From assembly GCA_043228905.1 (NCBI GenBank), contig JBHGNT010000003.1, positions 25,048,001 through 25,112,000 of the forward strand: a stretch of DNA of 64,000 nt, written 5' to 3'. Shown piece after piece: positions 49,311 to 61,055 of the stretch. The position numbers and the translations under genes were made by a program. Origin of the DNA: Azolla caroliniana. Lineage: Eukaryota; Plantae; Polypodiophyta. Every line of letters begins with the position of its first letter. The stretch's first letter is position 1. A model generated the notes under the pieces. It searched no databases and was not told where the DNA came from. It saw nothing but the letters and a program-made list of their open reading frames with translations.

Positions 49311-52300
49311 ATGGAGTCTCGCATCGATCCCGATTCCGTGCTGTCTCACAGCTTACCTGAGGTTTGGTTCCTCTCCTTATTTTGATGTTTATCTCTGTTG
49401 TTCTTTTAATCCTGAATAGTCTGTCGATTTTTTTGGCTCTGTTTTCAATTGTTTCACATGGGGGTTTCAGTTTTTTTTCTGTCTTAGTAATTACAAATTT
49501 ATTCATTTTTAACTCTTTACTATTATTCTCTCAATATATATATATAATAATTACAAGTTTATTCTTTTTTAACTCTTCTTATTATTCTCTCAATATATAT
49601 ATATATATATATATATATCGTGCTCAATAATGGGAATTATGAATTGTATTTAGCCATAAAGTTGGTTTTTTGATCGCTTATTCATGCTACTACCTTATAG
49701 GTGGTTTCTAGGTATCATTAAGGTGAAATAGGGCACAAATCCAGATAAGAATTTTGAGTAATATCGTTGTCCATATATCTGATATTCAAATAGTAATATG
49801 ATTTGAAGTTACCATGAAAGCTGCAAATCTAGATCATCTGTGTCATGCTAATATTATGATTATGGTAAATACCACTTTAATAATGATAAGTAAAAGTGTA
49901 GTTGTGATATGTGCCACTTTACCAGTGATAAGTCCAATTGTAAGAGTGGTAAGTACCGGTTTAATAGTGTAAGTACCACATTAGTCGTGGAAAGGACCGC
50001 TTTTGCACTGCACCACATTAATCGATTGAAAAGTTGGTGCTTGTGATTGCTGATTATGCTACTCCATATAAATAAGAGTTATTTTTATATGCTTATCCAT
50101 TAAATTTTCAAACATTGTTGACTTATGGTTTTCCATTAGACGTTTGAATGTTTTTATAGTTGTTTAGTGATTATTTGCATTGCTTTCTCAAGATATTTCT
50201 CACTTCATACATATTCTTGTCTATATTGATGCAGGGAAAGTACAGCTATACCGAAAGGTCAGTAGCTTTTCTATTCAACTAGTTATTAGAACGAGTTTCT
50301 CTATTCTGCAAGTTTACTGGTATATACTCTATAGAACTGGCTCTATCAACTTAGTTTTATTACTGATATCAGTGCAAAACTCCTTGGTACTCCTGGTTTT
50401 TTCTTTATTTCCCCAAACGTCCCTGAGCTTTTGTTATTTCGTCAAACTTCTGTAATCAACCCTTGAAAGAGAAAGAAAGAAAGATATATAATGTCTATTA
50501 AGAGGTCAAAATGGCCTATAAGACCAAGCAAGAGATTACATCTTAAAATGTTGTCTCATCTTTGAGAACAACAAACCAAAAGAATTGTAACTAAGTAAAA
50601 AAATAAATAGAAATAGAATTAAGACTTGACAAAAGAATCTCGTAATCCATACAAGTAAGATTCTCAAGTCAGAATATTGTACTTTTTGTCTTTGAAAGAT
50701 CTCTAGCATAGGTCAATCCAGAATGGAGAGGTCTCTGAAGCAAGGGAAGCACGTGCGATGGTGGGATACGATGGCCTTTATCTATCAATGACAAGGGTTG
50801 TGAGATTGTGGTCCACGAGGTCGGGGCCGATGTGCATGACACTTTGTTATTGTCCGAATTATTGTAACCTGTTTGCAATGTGCTGGTTGGAAGCCCATTT
50901 GTATGGTCCTTGATTGACTCGTAGCATGAGTAGGAGTGATGAGGCTAAATAAAGCGGTGATTGTTCTTTGTTGATAAGCTTGTGTGGCTATGGTGCTGTT
51001 CTTCAACAACTTCTTTCAGTTTCTCTTGAGTTCTAGAAAGAAAATCTCCCTCTTATTTGTTAAAGAACAGTACAACAACAAACAATGTTCTTCATATTCC
51101 ACTCCTTGATGACACAGTTGGAAAATTCTTTCTTTTAGAGGTATTTGTGCATATCTGTCTACCGCAATCTCTAACTGATATGCAGAAGTTCCCACCCATT
51201 TTGGAATCAATTTTTTTTTCTGTATATTTGAATTCTTATACTCGCTTCCCATGCGATCCTAGGAACTTGTTTGCATTTTTTGGAACCTTTCCATGGCCAT
51301 GATCTCAATGGAAAGTGATATTGTGTCAAGAAGTATGAGCATTTATGGTGTTTGTAACTTGACTAAACGAAACTCTCTATGAAAGCGCTTTTTTGCTTAT
51401 GAGATAAAAATCATGATTACAAATATTGATGATTCACGTTAATCCGTACTGAAACAAAAATAGAAGCTCTAGGTTTCCTTAATCTCTGTGATCATGTTCT
51501 TAGTGCATGTGGTGAAATGATTTTGGGTATAGTTTATGACTGAAGTGCATAACTAATATGTGTGGGTTGGGTGATGGTGATTGGACATCGTATCCAAGGT
51601 TGGTTGGTGCGGGAAATAAGATCATGATGAAACTCAACAAGTGCGTCTAGGTGTTGTGTGGATTATAACTGGCAAGCAATGATCTCCATGATTTGGCAAT
51701 GGTATGACCTATATGCCCATTGATTGGGTAATGGCACAGTTCATGTTCTTCACTGCCTCCATGAGTGTTGTGGTTTGCCCCCGCATCACTGTACAGTCCA
51801 TATAGGCTAGGGGAGAGACGTCCTTGCCTCGCATTAATGGTGCTTGTGATTACCTCCATAGTTCTAGCTGTACTTCCCATTCGTGCCATACTCATACATG
51901 AATATTCGTATCATACTCATACGTGAAATGGCTCCAAGTATGATTGAAATCCATTCATACAAAAAGACTCTCTAGTATCTAGGGAAACAAAGCCAATGTA
52001 ATCATGAAGAAAATGTATATAGTCCATATTGCACGCATATGCCATTATCAAAGTTTTTTCTCTACATTACAAAAAGAAAACCAAATGCTTATAAAGTCGC
52101 AACTGGCAAGCACCCATTAGAGTTCATTATTAGGAAAAAGCAATATATATATATTTATATATATTTGTGTGTATGTTATATAAATCATCACTCTGCTTTT
52201 ACTATTTGTATTTAAACTCTTCTTCTTTCCATGGTTATTCTATGCACAGAGTGTAGCTCAAATTCCTATGCATTTTACTAGCCAATTAAAATGCTTAACA

Positions 52301-55300
52301 CCTGCACAATCTCCTGGTTACCTCATTAATTCTCCTGATTATCTCATTGATCTCATCATTTACCCTTTAATTACAGGTCTCTCTTTGATCCTAAGCTTTC
52401 AGCCCATTAAAAGGCACTTCTTCATTACCAGAAACCACATCTGATTACAGTTCTGTTTTTGATTTCTTGCATTGATCCTGAGCTTAATTAAAAGCACTTA
52501 ATTATCGGAACCCACATCTCAATCGCCCGCTGATCCTAGCCACAATTATTATTTTCTCCAAACGCAGCAAGAGGAGCCTAAATGGTTCGTTCGGCCTCCT
52601 TCTCAGTAAAGAAAAATAAAATGGAAAAGGAATATCACATATTATATGCGAACGTATACAAACGTTCGTATATGTCTACCAGATTGGACGTATGCAAATA
52701 TTAGGAACTATGATTACCTCTGATATCACCCCTGGACTACAAGTTGAACACCTCCTCTATGCAAAAAGCACAAGTTTCCGTATCGGTCTAAACATATGCA
52801 AAGGCCTTCTGGAAATCTGCAAAGTACAGTTCCCTTGGTATAGTATCAAAGGCTGTGTAGAAATCTACAAAGAATCCATACGATCACTTCTTTTGTGCCT
52901 TTGCTTGATCTACCAAGAGATGTAATACAAGGTTGTAGTTGGTAATAGGGAATGGTCTCCTATATCCTGTTTGACCTAGGGGTCTCATCTCTTTGTCCTT
53001 GGCATTAGTGTTGAGCATCTCCATTAAGTTTGGTAAATGTATGTCCGGTCATAATAGTCTATTAGGTTTCTGATTGGAGGGGGTTCCGTGACTTATGGAT
53101 AGGCATGATCATGTACATGGTCCATAAGTTAGGAATATGAGAAAAGCTGTTAATAGCAGCAGCGGAACAGTTGTTAGAACAAAATAGACACAGCCAAGCT
53201 GTGATAAGGCTGTTAGACAGCAGTAGAAAAATGGTTGCAAAGAGTAGAGACACAGCCAAAGAGTAGAGCTTGTTTGTGAGTAGCAACAAAAGTAAAAGTC
53301 TTTACAAAAGAGGCCGGTATAGCCTATTTATACAAAATTGGGGAAAGTGGGTGAAACGGTTGTTTGGTAGTTAAGTGACTCTTGTACTACCAAACAGGTA
53401 CAATAAACTAGGAATAACACGGAGTATCTTGGAAAAAGTGGAAGAGAGAAAAGGCATTTAAAGCGTTGTAGATTCTAGAGAGAGAAGAATCTGGGAAGAG
53501 AGAGAATGTAGAACAGAGATAATAAAGATGAAAGAGAGTGTAGGTCTGGAGCTGACACCCTCCAACAAAGAAGGCCCAATAACAAGGCCTTATTGAACAT
53601 GTATGGAGGATAGGAGCAATTGTGCTTACTACATAGATGAGGTCTTCAACTTGCAATCTGGTGTGGTCAATGTTTAAGGCACATGGCCTTCTCAACCTTG
53701 TATGATGTGAAGATGATGGAGGTTGTAGGGCGAGACTCTGGTGGTTGTTTTAAGGGGGTTTGGTAGGGAACGTGATAACAGATTTCTTTATAGCAATGTG
53801 ATAGTTTTGGACCCTTGATTGGGATTGAGGTTGGAGTTGGGTGTTTTCTGATGCATCATTAGGAAGTCACCGAGTCTTTGCTCATGAAGAGGTGGTACAA
53901 AATCGCATTATTGTGCATCCTGATGAGTGTGCTTTGTTTGGTGGTTCACATTTGCTTGTGAGCTATTTGCAATGTGATCTCTGCAAAGCTTGCCTTTGTA
54001 TGAAGTTGCTCTCTCGTGTATCTGGAGCTCAAGTGGAGTTGCATGTATCTAGCTCGTGCATCCCATTCTATTCTATTTATGCCTGGAAGTAAGGCTCGTT
54101 ATAACAGAGGTGTGATTTTGCATGAGACTTGTGATTTTCTTTTTCAAGTGTTTTGCCTAGATGTTGACTCCCCTCGAAAGTCCTCCATTCGAGGTAAGAC
54201 ATTTCTTTGGGCTGTGGTGCATCTCTGTAGTGAGGAGCAGCCTCCTGTAGGGATAACCAACTCCTGTGTGAAGAACCATGGTGTTGAAATAACCATATTT
54301 TGGTATGGGGCTCTTGGAAATGTGCCTGGTAGCATTGTTCTAGCATGGGTAGAGCTTCATATTCTCAAGTGAGTTTTTCCTTGGTGGCTTGGGTCACAGA
54401 GAAGTGCCTACTTGTGCTCGTTAATGTGGCTCCTAGATATACAATGGATTCCACCATTTCAACTTGCACTGATGATAGGGTGAAGACATTTTATAGGCCA
54501 GTTGGGTGCTCGTGTATGGAGGATCACAGCCTTAGTTTTTCGTTGATCTACTGTGAACCCATTTTCGTAGAAAAAATTATGAAGGGCATTGAGATGATGT
54601 TGTAGGGCATTGAGATGATGTTGTAGGGCATTGAGAAAAAATTATGAAGGGCATGAGATTCAGAAACCAAGATTATATAATTAACATAAAGAAGAATGTG
54701 AATGGGTGTACTTAATGTGAGGCCAAAATGGCCTATGAGACCAGACGAGATTGCATCTGAACTTGTTGTCTCATACGACAAACCAGAATAAATATAACTA
54801 AATATTGTAGCTAAGCACTTAAAACTTTGAACTTAAATTCAAACTTATGCCTTTGAAAGATTTCTGAAATCGGCGGATCCAATATGTCGAAATCTGCAAT
54901 ATAAGGGAAGCACCTTCGATGCTTGGGGAAAATGGACTTAATCTACTGATAACAAGGGTGATGGGCCATGGCCTATATCCACAAGATATTTCTACTGCCC
55001 AGTCTATTGTAACCCCTTTCAACTATTCTGATTGAGATCCCACTTGTGTAGCGCTTGACTGACTTGTAGCCTGAGAAGGAGTGGAGGTAAAAGAAAGTCA
55101 TGGTGGTTCTTTGTTGATATGCTGCTGTATTGTATTATTTGTCAACTGCTTCTCTTTATGTCTCTTGAATTCTAGAGAGAGAGAGAGAGTGAGTGATTTC
55201 AGGGATGTGACACTTTATGCATTGGGGGTTGGTGCTTGTGGGAAAGATCCCTGTGATCCATTAGAGCTTTCATATGTATATAGTCAAGAATGTCCAGAGG

Positions 55301-58300
55301 CAATAAAGGTAAAGCACTTACTAATACTTAGAAAAATGAATCAAACATACTGAGGAATTTTCTGGAGGCTAATCTATTCTTTGCACTGTTACAGGTATTA
55401 CCAACATTTGCAATTTTATTTCCATCCCAGATTGTAGACAGTGTTCTTGATATTCCTGGGCTAAGGTATGAAAATTTGTCTTCCTTTCCCCTGATTTTTC
55501 TTTCTATTTATAAGCATATGTTTTTTAATGGAAATCTGGTTTTTATATTTTAAATGGGGATAAACTCCCCCTTTCTTGTCTTTCCATATGTGAATATGTT
55601 TTTTTACCAGAAATCAGATTTTCTTTTGGATATATATGCAGAAATTCCCCTGGTTTTGTGCTTCCCTCTATATGCATATTTTTTGGTCATTTGTTATTTT
55701 ATATGTGGAAAATTCCCCACGTTTTGTTTTAGTTTTCAACCAAGCAAGTTGTTGCATGGGGAGCAATATTTGGAGATTTACAAGACTCTTCCTACAAGTG
55801 CAGAAGTAAGGCATTCCAAACATCAACATCATTTTGTAATATTTCTTTCATAATGTTCTTTTCTCATGGAATGGAACAAATTTTTTCTTGTTTTCTATCT
55901 CATATTTGATGTCTTTTAATGTTGGTACATGGTCATCAAAGTACTCACCTCCCAATTCTGTTAATAGTAATATTTGGATTAACATGACAACCTATTCTCT
56001 ATATAATGTATATCTGTTTCAACATCTGTCATAGCTTACCTGCAACCCAGAATTTCGCGATCTTTAATTATTCAATACACTAATTCTTATAAAGAATTGA
56101 CCAATCTTGGGAAACTGCTGATTTTTCAGGTGTCTTGTTATCCTCGAGTGTCGCAACTTCATGACAAAGGTGTTATTATTATTTATTTTTCTTTTGAGCT
56201 CAAAATATAGCATATAATATTATCTTTTTGGCATCGAAAACATCTGAGGTCATTTCTCTTTCAGGAAAAGCAGCTGTGTTGGAGCTGGAGTATATTTGTA
56301 AGGATGCTGGAACTGGTGAAGCTCTTTGTTTGAGCAGGTATATTTCATGTCCCAATGATCTTTAATAATAAAGTGATTCTAAATCTCTTTTCCTTTTCCT
56401 ACGTTCTTCTATTTAAAGGTTTCTTTTGATCCTGATGAAAATTCTGAGCCTGTTGCAATGTAGCTAAAAATCAAAATGTTTAATGATTCAAAGGTTTTAT
56501 CTGGTTAATGATTTAACTTAAACTATCTTTAATGAACAAGAAAGCATTACCAAGTTTTTATCTAAAATATTACAACTCTGGCAATGGGTAATGGTCATTG
56601 AAGAAAAATCTCAATGCTACTAACAAAAGCGATACAATTGCAAAAAGATTTATTGTAGTAGACCAGTTGTCAAATTTGCTTGTTTCTTGAGACCAATGTA
56701 TCAAGTAAACCAATCTTGTCTATCCACAAGAGATATATATGCATATAAATACTATTCTTTGTATGAGTTTAATAATATTTGTGAAAGCTTTTCTTCAATT
56801 GCATTGACTCAATGAAAACAATGTATATAGATATACATTATTTCTACGAGGAGCAGGAGGATTTTCTAAACCAGGTTCCAAATTGTATTCTTATGAAAAC
56901 CGTTCTCCTTCAGTCACAAAAATAATAAAGCTACCTGTTCTATATTCGGATTCTACAAACATTATATTACACGAAGATCACATTCATGAAAATCAGGTTT
57001 AGAGAGTTTATTCTGGGTCATTTTATAGCATATGATAGGTAACATCGGTTTTGGATTTAGTGTTTTAGTAACTAATTTTTTTGCAGGCGTTGCTTTATCG
57101 ATTATCTGGAGACTACAATCCAATCCATTCTGATCCAGAAGTTGCAAAAGTTACCGGGTTTTTATTCTTCCCCTCCCCCCTCCCCCCTCTCCTCTCCCCC
57201 CATTTATTAATATTCTTGACCATTGAGACTCACTTGCCAAACTCAACATACTATACATGAAAAAATCTTCCACATTGGTCATATTTAACCTCCCCGAATG
57301 ATAATAAAATCCTTTTCTCCTCCCCCGTATATTGGTAGAAAATCTAAAGTTGACATCAGGAAACTGTATAAATTTTTTAATCATTTGCATTTTTTGTTGA
57401 CTTTAGTTTCTCTGCTTCACCAAAGGATCCTAGAATGCAATGGTTTATGAGCTTTAAAATGAAACTTAGCTATATATCTGTAGGAAGACTTGGTTATGCC
57501 ATGTTCCATAGCAGCATTTCTGACTACCAATGTAGTATCAACATCTTGGAGTGTGTATATAATGATGATGATATACTTCTTGGCATACTCAGATAGGCAT
57601 GGTGGAAGGATGGAAAGAACAGAAATATGGTGAATCGTGATGTATTACATGTGTTTATTTTAGGGCCAACATGAAAAATCTCATATTGAATGCTTTTCCT
57701 TCTTTGCACGATCATTAGGTTATTAAGTACTATATTGATAGTAGATATTACCACAAACGCCCATTACCTTGTCCCTAGGATTCAAGCAAGAAAATTCCAT
57801 ATACCCAATGTGTATGCAGTTAATTTTCTGAATGCTGGGAAATATTCCTTTTCTGTAAATACATGGATATGTGCCAATCATGAAATTGGTGCTATATTCT
57901 TTTCTACATATACATACCAATGTTTATGCCAAATTATTGTTTTTGAATGATGGTATATCTTTCTTTCCCAGATACCCGAGGCCCATATTACATGGTTTAT
58001 GCACACTGGGATTCGCCGTACGAGCAATAGTTACACATTTTTGCCAAGGGGAGCCATCGTTGGTTCAAAGTGTTCAAGGACGCTTCATGCTCCATGTGTT
58101 CCCTGGCGAAACTCTAATCACGAAGATGTGGAGAGAAGATAACACCAAAAGGTTTGGTCTTTTGTATATTCCTTCCTCCCCCCCCCCCGGTCTCTCTCTC
58201 TCAATTGGGTATTACATTCATTTCTGACAACTGGGTGATGGGGCTTGACCTAAGTTTAAGGCCTGGTTCCATAAGTAGCTTTGCGAAAGAAAAAACTATT

Positions 58301-58841
58301 CAATGCTATCAAAGTTTTTGGGGTGTATAGGCTGTCTTTTGGGAAAAGATGGGAAAAGAAAATGAAAAGGATTTAATGTCGTTAACCTACTAGTTTTACA
58401 TACCATATGGTAAGGATATATACAAAAGAAAAAATTGGTTTAAATATAGAGCTCCATTTTTCATTACCTGGTACGTTTTTTGTGAATGTCAGAGTTTCCA
58501 GCAATTGAATAAGCTTTTAGATGCATATCCAAGTTTCTAGAGTTTTTATCAACATGATAAACTAATTTGAAGATGGAAACATGTCCCTTAGTCCAAATGA
58601 AACATTAAACTGAGAATTGGGGGTAATAATTCTTTATGACAATGCCTAAGCTAGTCTCACCTAGTCTTTATTACTGTATGTTATATATTTGTAGTGCCTG
58701 TGGGGGTACACAAGTACTTTCGAGACACTAAGCTGAAGCCTTTTCTTGCTGCTCAGGATCTTGTTCTTATGTAGCGTGAAAGAAAGATCACGCCCTGTGC
58801 TTTCTGGGGTGGTTTCTTTGCACCCGTCTGCAACTTTGTAG
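49311..58841 (+). CDS. ECH2: Peroxisomal enoyl-CoA hydratase 2 (MaoC-like hot-dog fold), about 312 aa, 11 exons
   Basis: Exons 49311-49361, 50235-50257, 55203-55308, 55395-55465, 55733-55805, 56130-56169, 56265-56337, 56831-56996, 57087-57157, 57972-58151 and 58757-58841 (939 nt, all GT-AG). Motifs: YTERDVTLYALGVGA, VLPTF, LLHGEQYLE, DKGKAAV, FLRGAGGF, the hydratase-2 motif YRLSGDYNPIHSDP, and PILHGLCTLG. Ends SATL*. Confidence 0.95.
50451..51008 (-). mobile_element. Solo LTR, 558 bp, with 5-bp TSD ACTTC, in ECH2 intron 2
   Basis: ACTTC|TGTAATC ... TTCAACA|ACTTC (TSD at 50446-50450 and 51009-51013). Orientation is inferred. Confidence 0.8.
51016..51900 (-). mobile_element. Degenerate non-LTR retrotransposon (RTE-like LINE) fragments
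   Basis: 51647-51895 ITSTINARQGRLSPSLYGLYSD (~STIGVKQGCPLSPTLFGLYID). 51016-51252 TSAYQLEIAVDRYAQIPLKERIFQLCHQGVEYEEH (~SHxLxIETGR..RxCxxC...EDExH). Confidence 0.75.
52790..54800 (-). mobile_element. Additional LINE reverse-transcriptase relics in ECH2 intron 2
   Basis: ~52820-52900 FFVDFYTAFDTIPR (~CFVDFxKAFDxVPR); ~54660-54700 ILLYVNYIILVSES (~LLYADDIVLLS); ~54430-54540 KTKAV...VEMVESIVYLG. Fragmented and probably more than one insertion. Confidence 0.65.
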
Positions 58842-61055
58842 TTGGAGATCAGTGGAGTCTGAACTAAAACAATGTCAGTGTTGGCTGATCTGTAAAAATA
58901 ACTGAAAAAAGAAAGAATGATGCTTCATTAAGGAGAATTTGTCCCAGAAAGTTACAAATGGCACTAATTTTTAATAATTGTCTGAAATGCAAGATATATA
59001 TTATTTGAAAAAAGTGCAAAGATATCTTGTGTTATTTAGGCGCAGAATTTATCTTGTGAACGATACCCAATCCCACTCCTTCACTTACATAACGAGTTGG
59101 TTGGTATTTTCCAATATTTTACTGTAAATTTAATCATTTGGTTGATATCATGACTCAATCTTTCTGGTGTCAAATGTTCGTGATCACAGTTGGAGTGTGA
59201 ATGTCTAGTATACTTTTTAATATACCCCAATGACTCTTGATTGGTCTAATTTTATTATGTCTAATTTGTGTTTGTTGGCAAATATAAGGTACTATTGAAG
59301 AGCTCTAGTGTAACTCGACTACAAATTTTTAACTAGAGGATTCTGAGATCAGATCTGAATTCAAGGCAACACATTCACTAATAGCATGTATAGATATTTT
59401 GTGGTAGGTAGAATTCAGTATGAGCCAAATGATAAAATGCATATATTACATTAATGTCAGTTCCTATGTATCTATGAGTAGCATTTATTTGGGCACACGA
59501 AACAGCATTTTGCAAAAGATTCCCTGCTATAGGGATCAATATATAAGCGTCAATGTGAAATGTAGTTTAATAAGGACTAAACATAAGTGACTGCTAATTC
59601 CATTGATCAAAGAACAATGTCAATAATAGTCTGTACAGATGTCCTAACTTTAAAGGCTGTATCCAGCTTAAAGATCATAAATTGTTGATGACATTCCGTT
59701 TAATTGACAGTTTTGATATCTTTAAGATTCAAAACTTGAATGCATAACAGGCAATGATTGCATTCAAAACTACGCCAACAAATGAACTGATTCATATATA
59801 TATACACATTGATCTGTAATTGTAATTTCAAGAAATTTCAGAAAAGCTCACTAAACTTGTATAGTCAAACGAAATGATATATATATATATATACAAGAAA
59901 GTTGAGAAAAGCTCACTAAACTTGTCTATCTCCACAAAATACCAATGTCGCACTATATTAATATCAATCTGAAATTAACTAATATGTTATTAAACTATAT
60001 TAATGCACATTTTAAGTCGAACTGGTTAACTATTCAACTCTTTAACATGCCAATAGTTAACTAGTCCCTTTACAATATACCAACATTACAATCATAAAGT
60101 CATTTTACGCATATGAAACTAAACTATTAAAAAATGCTAATGCAAATGATGAGATTTTATGCATCTGATGCAAAACAGTCTTCAATTACCTTTCGTTGAC
60201 AATTGTAGCATTACTATATACATATCAACTGCCAAATTTAGGGAGCACAAACAAAACTTTGGTTGACAATTGTAGCACGATTATTTATATCTGCAAGCAC
60301 CAAATTTAGAGAACAAGAACAAGAGAGCAATAACATAACACTTAATGCTGGCAGAAATATATTATTAATTCAACAAAAATATACTTCACTCTCGGGGCTT
60401 TGAACTTTCATAATTACTTTGAAAGAAAAGGTTTACTTTGAACACTTCATGCCATTTTTACAAGAATGTTTCAGCAAAATAAAAAAAACATAGAATCACA
60501 ACATTTTGATGGCTATATTACATTATAAAGGAAAATACTCGCGGTAAGTCAACTATCAACTCTAGATAATCTACATCAGAGCTTACACACTAAAAATAAA
60601 TATTATTAGGCCTCATTAGTCCTTGCTCTTCACTATATATACAGCATATGATTCGTCAATAGCATTTTGTTAGTATATATGTTACCAAAAAATACAATTT
60701 AAAAATCATGAAAAACAAACACTTTTATACAAATATATGAAAAAGACATGAGAAGTGCTTTGTACAAAAAAATTGAAAAAGATACAATACCAGTTTAAGA
60801 ATTACAACTCGGAAAAAAATATGGTGGATCATCACCAGAGTCAAAAAAATAAAGATGCCGTTATTATTCTTGCTAATACAAAACTTTCAAGGAGGGTTAT
60901 GATAGGATAAAAGAGAAGCGAAAGCTTTTGGTAAAATGAGGCTCGGGACAAAGAAAATAAGACATTTCATTGAATTAATGAATGCCAAATATAAAGAATG
61001 CTCACCTTTGAGAGAGAAAAAACAAAAGAACCCATTTTTTTACAGATCGAGATTA

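Noticed and set aside
52921-54780. A TG...CA-bounded LTR element enclosing a LINE fragment
   Set aside because: There is an LTR-like TATA segment near 53325, but I found no matching TSD or second LTR, so the boundaries are unsupported.
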